Translations under genes and position numbers: made by a program
Origin: an uncultured Pseudomonadota bacterium
GTDB lineage: Bacteria; Pseudomonadota; Alphaproteobacteria; Acetobacterales; Acetobacteraceae
Assembly: GCA_963829875.1 (NCBI GenBank)
Contig: CAWHKR010000017.1
Span: 6,057-70,056 of the forward strand
Length of the DNA stretch: 64,000 bases
Direction of reading: 5' to 3'
Shown: positions 8,322-22,611 of the stretch, one piece after another
Numbering within the stretch: position 1 is the first letter of the stretch
Layout of the letters: each line of letters begins with the position of its first letter
The notes under the pieces: generated by a model
What the model saw: only the letters and a program-made list of their open reading frames with translations
Told to the model about the DNA's origin: nothing
The model's database searches: none

Positions 8322-11088
8322 TCATTCCAGCACCAGCACCCCAACCGGCAGCGCCCGCAGCACCGTGGCCAGCGGCAAACGACGCCCCACTGTCGCCACG
8401 GCAGCCCCCCCCAGACCGTCCGCCATCTCCCGCCCCGCAAGCCGCGCCGGCAACACCGCTGCGGTATCGTCCCAGGCCGCTTCGTCCACCAGCGGCGCCC
8501 GCGCCACGCCGGGCAGCCGGGCCGCCAGCCGGCTGACGACAACCACTGCGGCGGCATCGCGATGCACCCGCGCGAAGGCCAGCGCGTGCCGCGCCTGCGC
8601 GCCCGTCACACGCAGCGGTACATAGGCGCCCGCGCCGAACAGGGCCGGAAGCCGGGCGCGCACCGCCAGCAGCCGCGCGATCAGCGCCTGCTTCACCCGC
8701 CCGTCCCGCCACCGCGCCAGCAACGCCGCCGGCGCCGCCCCGTCGTCCAGCGCCGCCTGGCGGGCGGCGAAGTCCACCGCCCGGCGATTGTCCGGATCGA
8801 CCAGGCTGAAATCCCAGAACTCGGTGCCCTGATAGAGATCGGGCACCCCAGGGACGGTCAGCCGCAGCGCGGTCTGCGCCAGCCCGTTCAGCGCGCCGGC
8901 GGGGGCGATCCGGTCCGCCAGCCCGGCGATCTCTGCCGTCATCCCGTCCGACCGCGCGGGATCGAGCAGACGGCGCAGGAACGCCTCGCAGGCGGATTCG
9001 TAGGCTTCGTCGGGCAGCGCCCAGTCGGAGCGACGCCGGCCCTCGCGCAGCGCCTTGCGCTGCCAGCCCGCCAGCCGGTCCGCGAACGCCGTCAGCCCGG
9101 CGGTGTCGTCGGCCGGCAGATCCAGCGGCCAGGCGCCAATCACGGACTGATAGAGCATCGCCGCGTCGGCCGGGTCGGGCGCCGGCTCCGTGCGCCAGCC
9201 GGCGGTGCGGCGCTGCCAGGCGGCCAGCCGTTCCGCCCACAGCTCCGGCACTTCGCTCAGCACCGCCAACCGGGCGCGCGCGTCCTCGCCGCGCTTGTGG
9301 TCGTGGGTCGCGGTCGCCAGCAGCGACCGCGGCCAGTGCCGGCGGCGGGCGCGCATGCGCGCGTGGAACGCCTCCGGCGGCGCGCCGAGCACGCCCGGAT
9401 CGCTGCCGACCTCGTTGCGCGACAACAGCCGGCCGTAGCGATAGAAAGCGGTGTCCTCCACCGACTTCGCCGCCACCGGCGCCGACAGGTGCTGGAACCG
9501 GACCATCGCCCGCAGACGCCGCTGGCGCGTCTCGGGCGCCAGCGCGGCCAGCCCATCGCCGCGCAGCCATCCGCCGACCCGGTGCAGCAGCGCATGATCG
9601 GCCGGGCGCAGCAGCCGCCGCGCGGTCGCCTGCGCCGCGTGCCATCACCGCGGCGCAGGGGGGAGCCGCGCCGTCGCGGCCGGCATAGATCCGATAGACC
9701 GGAAATCCGATCAGCAGCGCCTCCAGCACGCGCCGGATCGCGGTCCGTGTGTCGTCGCGGGTGGTGATGTCGGCGCGGGCGATCGCGTGCAGGGCGGTCG
9801 CCAGGCTCTCCAGCTCGCCGGGCAACACGGTGCGCAGGATCTGCCGCCGCGCGGCCTGCGCCTCGGCCGCGAAATCCCCGCCCTGGCCGCCGACCCCGGC
9901 CCAGGCGGCGGTCAGCGCCGGGGCGCCGTCGGGATCGTGCAGGACCAGGGCCACCTGGTCCATGAAATCGTAGCCGGTCGTGCCGTCGGTCTGCCAGCCT
10001 GCCGGCAGGTCCTCGCCCTCGGCCAGGATCTTCTCCACCCACACCGGCGCCGGCCCGCCCGGCGCCGCGGCCGGGCGGCGCGGGGCCTCCTGCGCGAGCC
10101 GCCGGCGCAGCCGCCGGCAATACCCTTCCGGGTCGGCCAGCCCGTCGACATGGTCGATGCGCACCCCGTCGATCAGCCCCGCCGCGTACAGCCGCAGGAT
10201 GCCGGCATGCATCGCCTCGAACACGTCAGGGCGCTCCACCCGCATCCCGGCGAGGCCGTTGATGTCGAAGAAGCGGCGCCAGTTGATCTCCTCCGCCGCC
10301 CGCCACCACGCCAGCCGGTAGGCCTGCCGCTCCAGCACCGCGTGCAGCCGCGCCCGCCCCTCCGGCCGGGCCGGATCGAACCCTGCCAGGGCCCGCGCGA
10401 TCGCCGGGGCGAGCGACGGCGCGCGCAGCGCCGTACGCGCCGCCTCCGCCCTGCCGCGCGCGGCCGCGTGGCCGCCCGTTCCTCCGGGACGGGCAAGGAG
10501 CGGCTGCACCGCCGCGGCCAGCGCGTCGCCGCCCGCCGCCAGCACCGCGGGATAGTCGCGCGGCGCCAGCGGAAACCTGGCCTCGTAATAGGCCGCGAAC
10601 AGCCGCCCGTCGGCGGGATCGAACCCGAGCGTGAGCTCGCCCGCCTCCAGGCAGGCGCCATAAGGACGGCCGAGGAAAGGGGCGAGCAGCCGCCCGCGCA
10701 GACCGGGCGTCGGCGGCGTCCAGTCGATATCGAAGAACCGCGCGTACGGGCTGGCACGGCCCCATTCCAGCACGTCCCGCCACCACGGGTTCTCCGACCC
10801 GCCCACCCCCATGTGGTTGGGCACGATATCGAGGATCAGCCCCATGTCCCGGGCGCGCAGCGCCGCCACCAGCCGGTGCAGCGCCGGTTCCCCCCCGAGC
10901 TCCGGGTTCACCCGGGCGGGATCGATCTGGTCATAGCCGTGCGTCGAGCCGGGGCGGGCGGTCAGCAGCGGCGAGGCATAGAGATGGCTGATCCCCAGCC
11001 GGTGCAGATACGGCACCACCGAAGCGGCGTCGTCCAGGGTGAACCCGCGGTGGAACTGCAGGCGGGCGGTGGCGCGCGGCGCGCTCAC
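8322..11088 (-). pseudogene. treY: Maltooligosyl trehalose synthase TreY, interrupted by an apparent +1 frameshift as sequenced
   Basis: The N-terminal ~480 aa are in one frame (LQFHRGFTLDDAASVVPYLHRLGISHLYASPLL, DIVPNHMG, GVRIDHVDGL, FPVYRIY). The remainder (AAQATARRLL...RFQHLSAPVAAKSVEDTAFYRYGRLLSRNEVG...) is in the +1 frame. The junction is at about 9630-9648. Length is 2767 nt = 3n+1. The GTG start overlaps the malQ stop (GTGA). Confidence 0.85.
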
Positions 11089-13154
11089 CGGCGGGCCCTG
11101 CCCCGCCCGAGCGTGGCGAGACGGCGGCGCACCTCCGGGGCATCCAGCAGACGCGCGGCCGGGCCGGGCAGCCGTCGGCGCCAGTTCGGATGCTCGCCGA
11201 CCGTGCCGGGCAGGTTGGGTTGCTCGTGCAGCGCCAGCGCGTCCTCGATCGGCAGCAGTGCCAGGCCGCAGGCGGTGGTGCCGAGATGGGCGCAGGCCGC
11301 ATCGGCCGCGGCGGTGCCCGCCTGCGGTGCCGGCGGCGGGCCGGATGCCGCGCCGCTGTCCTGGAAGGCGCGCCACAACGCCGCCCGATCGCGCGCGCGT
11401 CCGGCGCGCAGGCTGCCCGTGGCCGCCGCATCGGTCAGCCCGAGCCGGGCCAGCCAGTCGATGTCGCGCTCGCTCCACCACCCGGCGACGGGCGGCAGGT
11501 CGTGGGTGGAACTCATCGCCACCGCCTCGCGCCGCCAGCGCGCCGGGGGGAGGAATTCGCCGGCGCGGTCGCGCTCGAAGATCAGCACCTGCAACCCGAG
11601 CAGCCCGGCGCGGCGCATCCGCGCCCGGAACCCGGGCGGCACCGTGCCCAGATCCTCGCCCAGCACGATCGCGCCCCGGCGGGCCAATTCGAGTGCGACG
11701 AGGCGCAGCAGATCGGTCTCCGGGAAACCGAGATAGGCCCCCTCGGTCGCCGCAGCGCCGTGCGGGATCACCCACAGCCGGCGCAGGCCCAGCACGTGGT
11801 CGATGCGCACGCCGCCGGCGTGCCGCAGCGCCGCGCCGAGCATCTCGCGGAACCCGTCGTAGCCCGAGACCGCCAGGCCGGCGGGCGAGAATGCGGCCAG
11901 CCCCCAGTCCTGCCCGTTGCGGTTGAACGCGTCGGGCGGGGCGCCGATGCCGAGCCCGGCCAGCATTTCCGTCGGACGGCTCCAGGCATCGCTGCCGGCG
12001 GCGTCGGTACCGACGGCGAGATCGGTGATCAACCCGACCGGCATGCCCGCCCGGCGCGCCGCCGCCTGTGCCGCGGCAAGCCCGGCGTCGGCCAGGAATT
12101 GCAGGAAGGCGTGGAACGCCACCTCCGTCGCCTCCGCCCGCGCGAACTCCGCCACCGCCGGGCTGGCGGGATCGCGGAACGGCGCCGGCCAGCGGCGCCA
12201 GTCCCAGCCGGCCTTGTCCTCGCGCAGGAACCGCGCGTGCAGCGCCTCGAAGCGTGCATGGCGCTCCAGCGCCTCTCCCCTTGCGGCGCGGAACGCGGCG
12301 AAGGCCGCCTTCGCCGGGCCGGACGCGGCAGAGAAGGCGGAGAAAACGGCGCGCAGGCGCGACAGCCGTGCCCGGCTTGCCGCTGGCCAGTCGATGAGGG
12401 GGAGCTGTTCAAGCCGCGCCAGTTCGCCGCCCAGCTCCGGCGGCAGCGGCACCGGTGGCAACGCGCCCGCCAGGCTGTCCGGATCGGCATGGACGGCGTT
12501 CAGCAGCACCCGGCTGGACGGCGCATAGGGGCTGAACTTCGTCGGATCGGCGCTGAACTGCGCGTGCACCGGGCTGATGGCCACCGCCGCCGCGCCGGCG
12601 GCTCCGGCCGCGGCGACGAACCGGGCCAGCGCCGGATAGTCGCCGACCCCGCCATCCCCCGGCCGCCGCAGGCCGTACAGCGGCACCGAGAGCCCCCACA
12701 GCCGGGGGTTTGCCGCCGGGCCTTCGGCCAGTTGGGCGAGGCCGAAGCAGCGCGGCGGCGCCACCGCGAGAACGGTCTCCCCTGCCGCCGTCTCCAGCCG
12801 ATGATAGCCGGCCTCGGCCACCGCCGGCGCCAGGGTCCGGCCGTCCGGGCCGGCGACCAGCATCCCGTCCTGCACGCCCCCCAATTCGAGCCGCAGCCGG
12901 AACCGCCCCGGGGCGAGCGGGAGCGGCACGGACCGGCCCGTCTCCGCCGTCACCAGCGGTGGCAGGGACGGCGGGCGGCGGAGCGCGTCGAGGCTGTCGG
13001 CCACCTCCGCTTGCGTGCCGGCAGGCCGGCCGACCGCGGCCAGCACGGCGCGCAGGGTGGGCGGCGCGACCCGTTGCGCGGTGCCGAACGCATCCCGCCA
13101 GCGCACCGCGATGCCGGCTGCGGCGGCCAGCCGGTCGAGCGCGGACCGGCTCAT
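11085..13154 (-). CDS. malQ: 4-alpha-glucanotransferase (amylomaltase)
   Basis: 689 aa with GH77 motifs (GVRIDHVLGLRRLW, LGEDLGTVP, STHDLPP). The ATG overlaps the treZ stop (ATGA). Confidence 0.9.
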   Translation of the reverse strand: MSRSALDRLAAAAGIAVRWRDAFGTAQRVAPPTLRAVLAAVGRPAGTQAEVADSLDALRRPPSLPPLVTAETGRSVPLPLAPGRFRLRLELGGVQDGMLVAGPDGRTLAPAVAEAGYHRLETAAGETVLAVAPPRCFGLAQLAEGPAANPRLWGLSVPLYGLRRPGDGGVGDYPALARFVAAAGAAGAAAVAISPVHAQFSADPTKFSPYAPSSRVLLNAVHADPDSLAGALPPVPLPPELGGELARLEQLPLIDWPAASRARLSRLRAVFSAFSAASGPAKAAFAAFRAARGEALERHARFEALHARFLREDKAGWDWRRWPAPFRDPASPAVAEFARAEATEVAFHAFLQFLADAGLAAAQAAARRAGMPVGLITDLAVGTDAAGSDAWSRPTEMLAGLGIGAPPDAFNRNGQDWGLAAFSPAGLAVSGYDGFREMLGAALRHAGGVRIDHVLGLRRLWVIPHGAAATEGAYLGFPETDLLRLVALELARRGAIVLGEDLGTVPPGFRARMRRAGLLGLQVLIFERDRAGEFLPPARWRREAVAMSSTHDLPPVAGWWSERDIDWLARLGLTDAAATGSLRAGRARDRAALWRAFQDSGAASGPPPAPQAGTAAADAACAHLGTTACGLALLPIEDALALHEQPNLPGTVGEHPNWRRRLPGPAARLLDAPEVRRRLATLGRGRARR

Positions 13155-14922
13155 GCCGCCGGCCGGTCCAGGAAGACGGCGCAGGCCTGCGGCGGCAGGC
13201 GTCCGTCCCGCACCGCCGCCCCGGCAGCGGCGGGCGTGGCGCAGAGGATCTCGCCGGCCGCCGGCGCGATCGGGGCGGGGGTGGCGGCAAGATTGACGGC
13301 GATGGTCAGCTCCGCGCCGTCACCCAGGCGCCACGCCGCGCGCACCGCACCCGGGCCGACCGCGCGGGCACCCTGGCTGCGGCAGCCCGGCAGCCCCGGC
13401 ACGACGTGCCGCGCGCGCAGCGCAAGCAGGCGGGCGATGCGCCGGCTGGCCCGGCGGCCGGCCGGGCGGCCGGCCTCGACCGGATCGGGGATCGAGGCCA
13501 GCAGGGTCGCCGGGTCGTTCGGATCGGGAATGCGGGCGCGGGTTGCGGGGTCGGCGAAGGCGGGGAAGCGTGCGAATTCCTGCCGCCGTCCCTCGCGCAC
13601 CAGCGCGGCGAGCTCGGGGGTGTGATCGGTAAAAAACTGGAACGGCGTGGTGGATCCCCATTCCTCGCCCATGAACAGCAGCGGGATCTGCGGGGACAGC
13701 AGCAGCAGCATGGTGGCGGCGGCGAGCGCCGCGGGATCGGCAAGCCGGCTCAGCCGTTCGCCGAACGCCCGGTTGCCGATCTGGTCGTGGTTCTGCAGGA
13801 AGCCGACGAAGGACGTGGGCGGCAGGTCCCCGCTCGGCTCGCCGCGCGGCTGGTGGTCGCGATGGGCCGAGATCTCGCCTTGCCAGGCAAAGCCCTCGGC
13901 GAGGCAGCGGGCGAGTTTCCCGGCCGGGCGCGTCGTAGTCGGCGTAATAGCCGCCGTCCTCGCCGGTCAGCAGCCGGTGCAGGCAGTGGTGGATGTCGTC
14001 GTTCCACTGCGCGACGAAGCCCCCATGGTCCGGCCCGTCGCGCAGCAGGGAGGCGCGATTGCCGTCGTGCTCCAGCACCAGATGCACCTGCCGCCCGGGG
14101 GGGATGCCGGCGCGGATGGCGGCGCCGAGCGCGGGCAGCGCGGCGGGCGGGCTGATCGCGTGCACCGCGTCGAAGCGCAGCCCGTCGAAACGATATTCGT
14201 TCAGCCAGTAGAGCGCGTTGTGGGCAAAGAACGCGGCCACCGCCGGCTGGCGGAAGTCGATCGCCTCGCCCCACGGCGTCGTGCTGTCGGAATGGAAGAA
14301 CGGGGCCGCGTAGGCGTGCAGGTAGTTTCCGTCGGGACCGAAGTGATTGTAGACGACGTCGAGGAACATCATCAGCCCCAGCCCGTGCGCCGCGTCCACC
14401 AGCGCCTTCAGCTCGTCCGGGCTGCCGTAGGCTTCCGTCGGGGCGAACGGCAGCACCCCGTCGTAGCCCCAGTTGCGGGTCCCCGGGCAGGCGGCCACCG
14501 GCATCAGTTCCACCGCCGTGACGCCCAGCGCCTGCAGCCGCGGCAGTTGCGCCATCACGCCGCGAAACCCGCCCAGCAGCCCCGGGTGCAGCTCGTACAG
14601 CACCGTCTCGTGCCACCGACGCCCGGCCCAGTCGGCGTGGCGCCAGGCATAGGCGCGGGGATCGACGACGACGCTCGCCCCGTGCACGCCGCCCGCCTGG
14701 GCGCGCGCCGCCGGATCGGGCACCGCGGTGCCGTCGGGCAGCCGGTAGCGGTAGCGCGCGCCGGCGCCGCACGTCGCCTCGGCGACGACATACCCGTCGG
14801 CCTCGGGCCGCATCGCCACCGGGGCGAGCCCCTCCACCTCCAGGCGCACCGACCCGGCCGACGGCGCCCAGAGGCGAAAACATGTGGTGCCGTCGGCGCG
14901 CAGGGTGGCGCCGAACGGCAGG

Positions 14923-14945
<23 letters not shown>
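13151..14945 (-). pseudogene. treZ: Maltooligosyl trehalose trehalohydrolase TreZ, interrupted by an apparent +1 frameshift as sequenced
   Basis: The N-terminal ~340 aa (FGATLRADGTTCFRLWAP, NWGYDGV, DVVYNHFGPDGNYL, GLRFDAVHAI, EHDGN) are in one frame. The continuation LARCLAEGFAWQGE...FLQNHDQIGNRAFGERL...LLFMGEEWG is in the +1 frame. The junction is at about 13915-13925. Length is 1795 nt = 3n+1. Confidence 0.85.
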
Positions 14946-17091
<2,146 letters not shown>

Positions 17092-17112
17092 CGGGGGGCT
17101 TCCTTGCCGCGG

Positions 17113-19296
17113 TCAGGCGGGGCTCAGGAACAGGGTGGCAAGCGGCGGCACGGTGAGGGAGAGCGACGCGGGCAGATCGTGGCTCGGTTCCTCCGTCGCC
17201 GTCAGCGCCGGGTCGTTGGCGAGCCCGGCGCCGCCATAGGCGACGGCATCGGTGTTCAGCAGCTCGCGCCAGCGGCCGGCCTGCGGCACGCCGAGCCGGT
17301 AGCCGTGGCGCGGCACCGGGGTGAAGTTGCTGACCACGAGCACCGGCGGATCGGCCTCGGTGCCGAAGCGCAGCCAGGCGAACACGCTCTGCGCCCGGTC
17401 GTCGATGACCACCCAGCGGAACCCCGCGGGCTCGGTGTCGCGCGCATGCAGCGCCGCGGTGGCGGTGAGCAGCCGGTTGAGGTCGCGGGTCAGCCGTTGC
17501 AGCCCGCGATGGGAGGGATCGTCCAGCAGGTGCCAGTCCAGCGCCGCGTCGTGGTTCCATTCCCGCTCCTGGCCGAACTCTCCGCCCATGAACAGCAGCT
17601 TCTTGCCGGGATGGGCCCACATGAAGCCCAGATAGGCGCGCAGGTTGGCGAAGCGCTGCCAGCGGTCCCCCGGCATGCGCCCGAGCAGGGAGCGTTTGCC
17701 GTGCACCACCTCGTCATGCGACAGCGGCAGCACGAAACGTTCGGAGAAGGCGTAGACGAGGCCGAAGGTCATCCGGTCGTGGTGGTAGCGGCGATGCACC
17801 GGGTCCTGCTGCATGAACTCCAGCGTGTCGTGCATCCAGCCCATGTTCCACTTGTAGTCGAACCCCAGCCCGCCTTCCGCCGCGCCGCGGGTGACACCGG
17901 GCCAGGCGGTGGATTCCTCGGCGATCAGCAGCCGGTCCGGGCAGCGCTCCGCCACCACGTCGCTGAGTTCCTGCAGGAAGGCGATCGCTTCCAGATTCTC
18001 CCGCCCGCCATAGCGGTTGGGCACCCATTCGCCGGCCTTGCGGCTGTAGTCGCGGTAGAGCATGGACGCGACCGCATCCACGCGCAGCCCGTCCACGCGG
18101 AAGCGCTCCAGCCAGTGCAACGCGCTGCCGATCAGGAAGCCGCGCACTTCGTTGCGGCCGAGGTTGTAGATCACCGTGTTCCAGTCCGGATGCCACCCCT
18201 CCCGCGGGTCGGCGTGCTCATAGAGCGCGGTGCCGTCGAACCGGGCCAGCCCGTGCGCGTCGCCCGGGAAATGCGCCGGAACCCAGTCGAGAATGACGCC
18301 GAGACCGGCGGCATGGCAGCGGTCGATGAAGTCGGCGAAGGCCTCCGGCGGGCCGAGCTGCGCGGTCGGCGCGAACTGGCCGAGCGGCTGGTAGCCCCAG
18401 GAGCCGGCGAACGGATGTTCCATCGCCGGCAACAACTCGATGTGGGTGAACCCCATCGCCGTGACATAGGGGATCAGCCGATCGGCCAGCGCGTCCCATC
18501 CGCAGGGGCTGGCGCCGGGCAGGGGCATCCACGAGGGCGCGTGGACCTCGTAGATCGACAGCGGCGCGTCCGTGGCCTGGCGCGCGCCGCGCCGGGCCCG
18601 CCAGGCGGCATCGTCCTCGCGGTTGGTCAACGGCGCGGCGACGATCGAGGCGGTGGCCGGGGCCGGCTCGGCGGCGAAGGCCACCGGATCCGCCTTCAGC
18701 GGCAGCAGGTCCCCCTGCGGGCCGAGCAGCTCGTATTTGTAGAGCGTCCCGGGCAGCAGCCGGGGGACGAAGATTTCCCACACCCCGGCGACGTGACGCA
18801 GCCGCATCGGATGGCACCGTCCGTCCCAGGCATTGAAGCCGCCCACCACCGAGACCCGCTGCGCGCTCGGCGCCCAGACGGCGAAGCGCACGCCGTGCAC
18901 GCCTTCGATCTCGACGCAATGCGCGCCCAGGCAGTCGTCGAGCTGGCGATGCCGGCCTTCGGCCAGCAGGTGCAGGTCGAGATCGCCGAGCACCGGCCCG
19001 AAGGCATAGGGATCCTCGGTCTCGCGCAGGCCCTGCCCCTCATGGATGCGCAACACGTAGGGCACGCGGGCGGGCAGCGTCCCGACATGCAGACCGGCGG
19101 GGTGCGCACGTTCCATCGTGGCCAGGACTTGTCCCGCGACCGGATCGACCAGCTCCACCCGGCGCGCGGCGGGCAGGAATGCGCGGACGATCCAGCCGCC
19201 GTCGTGCGGATGCGGGCCGAGCACGGCAAACGGATTGCCGTGGCGCCCGTGCACCAGGGACTCGACGGTGGCGGGATCGAGGCTGGAGTCACTCAT
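17113..19296 (-). CDS. glgB: 1,4-alpha-glucan branching enzyme GlgB
   Basis: [38 protein letters not shown] prefer the ATG at 19296 ([15 protein letters not shown]). The 32 aa upstream are Arg/Trp-rich, and this ATG overlaps the treS stop (ATGAGTGA). Confidence 0.9.
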   Translation of the reverse strand: MSDSSLDPATVESLVHGRHGNPFAVLGPHPHDGGWIVRAFLPAARRVELVDPVAGQVLATMERAHPAGLHVGTLPARVPYVLRIHEGQGLRETEDPYAFGPVLGDLDLHLLAEGRHRQLDDCLGAHCVEIEGVHGVRFAVWAPSAQRVSVVGGFNAWDGRCHPMRLRHVAGVWEIFVPRLLPGTLYKYELLGPQGDLLPLKADPVAFAAEPAPATASIVAAPLTNREDDAAWRARRGARQATDAPLSIYEVHAPSWMPLPGASPCGWDALADRLIPYVTAMGFTHIELLPAMEHPFAGSWGYQPLGQFAPTAQLGPPEAFADFIDRCHAAGLGVILDWVPAHFPGDAHGLARFDGTALYEHADPREGWHPDWNTVIYNLGRNEVRGFLIGSALHWLERFRVDGLRVDAVASMLYRDYSRKAGEWVPNRYGGRENLEAIAFLQELSDVVAERCPDRLLIAEESTAWPGVTRGAAEGGLGFDYKWNMGWMHDTLEFMQQDPVHRRYHHDRMTFGLVYAFSERFVLPLSHDEVVHGKRSLLGRMPGDRWQRFANLRAYLGFMWAHPGKKLLFMGGEFGQEREWNHDAALDWHLLDDPSHRGLQRLTRDLNRLLTATAALHARDTEPAGFRWVVIDDRAQSVFAWLRFGTEADPPVLVVSNFTPVPRHGYRLGVPQAGRWRELLNTDAVAYGGAGLANDPALTATEEPSHDLPASLSLTVPPLATLFLSPA

Positions 19297-22200
19297 GCGC
19301 CATCTCCTCGGCCGGGGCCAGGAGCCGCGCCGCCAGGTCCGCGAGGCCGTGCAGCGGGATCGGCAGCCAGGACGGCCGGTTGGCGGCTTCATAGCGGATT
19401 TCGTACGCGGCCTTTTCGATCAGGAACAGGTCGAGCAACGATGTCTCGGCCTCCGCCCCGGCCCAGGGCTGCGGGGCCGCCGCATGGGCCGCGCGGTAGG
19501 CGGTGAGGAACGCCTCCTTGGCCTCATCGCGGAACCGATCCAGCAGCTCGGCCGAGCGCTGGGAAACCTGGGATGACGGGTCGGCATGTCCTTCCGCGGC
19601 GGTGGCCGTGAGATAGTCGATCGATCGCAGCAGCCCCGCCACGTCGCGCAACGGGGACGACTTGCGCCGCCGCTCGGCGAGCGGGCGGGCCGGCTCGCCC
19701 TCGAAATCGATGATGAAGACGTCGTCCTGCACCGCGAGCACCTGACCGAGATGGAAGTCCCCGTGCACCCGGGTGCACCAGGCGCCGGTCCCGTCCGCGG
19801 CCAGCCGCCGCACCGCCGCTTCGAGCGCGGGCCCCTGGGCGAGCAGGTCGGTCGCCAGCGTCTGGCTGGCCGGGTCGTGCCAGGTCTCCGTCGCGCGCAG
19901 CACCGCGAGCGCGCCGTGGATCTGCGCCAGCGCCGAGTCCGCCCAGCCGTGCAGCGCCGCCGGGCCGGCGGGTTCGGGCGTGAAGGCCGCGTCCTCGCAG
20001 GGCATCGCCAGCTGGGCGTGCAACTCCCCGAGCCGCTGGCCGAGCGTGTGGATGAACCGCAGGCCGGGCGCGAACGCGTCGGCCCGGGTGGCCTCGTCGG
20101 CGTCGGTCAGGGCCAGCTCTCCCACGACCCGGGCGAGGAAACTCTGGGCCCAGCTCCAGCCGTCGCCCTGGTTGCGCACGAAACTCTGCACCAGGATCAG
20201 GGTGTGCGGGGTGCCCTCGGCGTCGATCCGGACCACCTCGCCCACCAGCGCGGCGGTGTTCGGGAACCCGCGCTCGGTCAGGAATCGGGTCATCTCCGCT
20301 TCGGGATGGATGCCGGCCGCAACGTGACGGATCATCTTCATCACCAGCGCGTCCCCGACCACGAGCGAGCTGTTGGTCTGTTCGGCCGACAGCCGCCGGA
20401 TATCCGGCGTCTCCGGCAGGTCGAGCGCGGCGAGCCGTGCCGTGGGCAGGAACCGGATCGCCTCGCCCTCGGGCAAGGCGAACGTCGCGCTGCTGCGCAG
20501 CCCGCCCAGGATCACGTCGGCGAAAGCGTCCACGGCGAACCCGTCGGTCAGCATGCCGACCCGGCGGCCGCGGCGCAGCCGCGCGAGGCCGAGCTGCTGC
20601 GGCAGCGCCTCGATGGTATCTTCTTCCCACATCACGCCGAGCGGCAGCAGATAGCGTTCGTGGCTGGCGTCGAGCTCGGCGTCCACCTCGACCAGCAGGA
20701 TCTGCTCGGCGGCGCCGTGCAGCGGCAGCGCGTAGGCGATCCGGCAGCGGCGCAAGGCCTGGTCCTTGGAGGCGAACCAGCGGCGCTTGGGCAGATAGGC
20801 CGGCAGGATGTCGGTCTCGAGCAGCCGGCGCGAGGCGGGGGCCATCACCTCGGCGATGTCGTGGCGCACCACCAGGGTGACGAACTCGGGCAGCGGCTCC
20901 GGCGCGGGAAGGTGCCACGGCGGCAGGGCGGCCTCGGTGGTCAGCACGAACCACAGAAAGCCATAGGGCGGCAGGGTCAGCAGGTAGGGCAGCTGCCCGA
21001 TCGGCGGGAACACCGCGCCGCCGATCGCATCAACCGGCACCCGGCCCGCGAACTCGGCCAGCGCCAGCTCCACCGCCTGCGCGGTGCGCGAGAGGTTGCT
21101 CACGCACAGGATGGTCTCGTGCGTCTCGTCGTAGGCATATTCGCGCAGGAACGCCAGGATCTTGCGGTTGCCGGGATAGAGGAAGCGCTGCGTGCCGCGG
21201 CCGAACGCGTGAAACCGGCCGCGCACCGCGAGCATCCGGCGCGTCCAGTTGAGCAGCGAGTGCGGGTCGGCCGCCTGCGCCTCGACATTGACCGCATCGT
21301 AGCCATAGATCGCGTCCATGATCAGCGGCAGCATCAGGTTGGCCGGATTGGCCCGCGAGAAGCCGCCGTTGCGATCTGGCGACCACTGCATCGGCGTGCG
21401 CACCCCGTCGCGGTCGCCAAGGTGGATATTGTCGCCCATGCCGATCTCGTCGCCATAGTAGATGACGGGCGTCCCGGGCATCGACAGCAGCAGGTTGTTC
21501 ATCAGCTCGATGCGTCGCCGGTCATGCTCCATCAGCGGCGCGAGGCGGCGGCGGATGCCGAGATTGAGCCGCGCCCGGCGATCGCTCGCATAGGCTTCCC
21601 AGAGGTAGTCGCGCTCCTGGTCGGTGACCATCTCCAGGGTCAGCTCGTCGTGGTTGCGCAGGAAGATCGCCCATTGGCAGTTGCCGGGAATCTCGGGCGT
21701 CTGGCGCATGATGTCGGTGATCGGAAAGCGGTCCTCGCGGGCGATCGCCATGTACATGCGCGGCATCAACGGGAAGTGGAACGACATGTGGCATTCGTCC
21801 CCCTCGCCGAAATATTCCTGCGCGTCTTCCGGCCACTGGTTGGCTTCCGCCAGCAGCATCCGGCCTTGCGCATGCGCGTCCAGCTCGGCGCGGATGCGCT
21901 TCAGGATCGCATGGGTCTCCGGCAGGTTCTCGTTGATCGTGCCTTCGCGCTCGACCAGATAGGGCACCGCGTCGAGGCGCATGCCGTCGACGCCGAGATC
22001 GAACCAGAACCGCATCACCGACAGCACCGCCCGCAGCACCGCCGGGTTGTCGAAATTGAGGTCGGGCTGGTGCGAATAGAAGCGGTGCCAGAAATAGGCG
22101 TTGGCGACCGGATCCCAGGTCCAGTTGGATTTCTCGGTATCGACGAAGATGATCCGCGTGCCGGCATAGCGCTGGTCGTCGTTCGACCAGACATAGAACT

Positions 22201-22603
22201 TGTGCCAGGCGCTGCCCGGTTTTGCCCGCCGGGCGCGCTGGAACCACGGATGCTGGTCGGAGGTGTGGTTGATCACCAGCTCGGTGATCACCTTGAGGCC
22301 GAGCCGGTGCGCCGCCTGGATGAACCGGCGCACGTCCGCCAGGGTGCCGTAGTCCGGATGCACGTCGCGGTACTCCGCGATGTCGTAGCCGTCGTCCCGC
22401 CGCGGCGAGGGGTAGAAGGGCAGCAGCCAGATGGCGGTGACGCCGAGCTCCTTGATGTAGTCGAGCTTCTGCATCAGGCCCCGGAAATCGCCGATGCCGT
22501 CGTTATTGCCGTCAAAGAACGACTTGACGTGCGTCTGATAGATCACTGCGTCCTTGTACCACAGCGGATCGCCTGCCGGCGGCGAAGATTTGGCGCTGGT
22601 CAT
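19289..22603 (-). CDS. treS: Trehalose synthase / maltokinase fusion (TreS-Pep2)
   Basis: The TreS half has [52 protein letters not shown] and RNHDELTLE. The C-terminal kinase half has [11 protein letters not shown]...[12 protein letters not shown]. The start MTSAKSS at 22603 lies 8 nt after the glgE stop. Confidence 0.9.
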   Translation of the reverse strand: MTSAKSSPPAGDPLWYKDAVIYQTHVKSFFDGNNDGIGDFRGLMQKLDYIKELGVTAIWLLPFYPSPRRDDGYDIAEYRDVHPDYGTLADVRRFIQAAHRLGLKVITELVINHTSDQHPWFQRARRAKPGSAWHKFYVWSNDDQRYAGTRIIFVDTEKSNWTWDPVANAYFWHRFYSHQPDLNFDNPAVLRAVLSVMRFWFDLGVDGMRLDAVPYLVEREGTINENLPETHAILKRIRAELDAHAQGRMLLAEANQWPEDAQEYFGEGDECHMSFHFPLMPRMYMAIAREDRFPITDIMRQTPEIPGNCQWAIFLRNHDELTLEMVTDQERDYLWEAYASDRRARLNLGIRRRLAPLMEHDRRRIELMNNLLLSMPGTPVIYYGDEIGMGDNIHLGDRDGVRTPMQWSPDRNGGFSRANPANLMLPLIMDAIYGYDAVNVEAQAADPHSLLNWTRRMLAVRGRFHAFGRGTQRFLYPGNRKILAFLREYAYDETHETILCVSNLSRTAQAVELALAEFAGRVPVDAIGGAVFPPIGQLPYLLTLPPYGFLWFVLTTEAALPPWHLPAPEPLPEFVTLVVRHDIAEVMAPASRRLLETDILPAYLPKRRWFASKDQALRRCRIAYALPLHGAAEQILLVEVDAELDASHERYLLPLGVMWEEDTIEALPQQLGLARLRRGRRVGMLTDGFAVDAFADVILGGLRSSATFALPEGEAIRFLPTARLAALDLPETPDIRRLSAEQTNSSLVVGDALVMKMIRHVAAGIHPEAEMTRFLTERGFPNTAALVGEVVRIDAEGTPHTLILVQSFVRNQGDGWSWAQSFLARVVGELALTDADEATRADAFAPGLRFIHTLGQRLGELHAQLAMPCEDAAFTPEPAGPAALHGWADSALAQIHGALAVLRATETWHDPASQTLATDLLAQGPALEAAVRRLAADGTGAWCTRVHGDFHLGQVLAVQDDVFIIDFEGEPARPLAERRRKSSPLRDVAGLLRSIDYLTATAAEGHADPSSQVSQRSAELLDRFRDEAKEAFLTAYRAAHAAAPQPWAGAEAETSLLDLFLIEKAAYEIRYEAANRPSWLPIPLHGLADLAARLLAPAEEMAHE

Positions 22604-22611
22604 GGCGGCGG

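Noticed and set aside
8263-11775. 1,170-aa ORF that might be taken as a single large gene.
   Set aside because: Only its central part (from the GTG at 11088 down to about 9640) is real TreY sequence. Upstream it runs in an alternative frame across the malQ 3' region. Downstream of the frameshift it is out of frame (Ala/Gly/Arg-rich), while the true TreY C-terminus is in the 8322-9506 frame.
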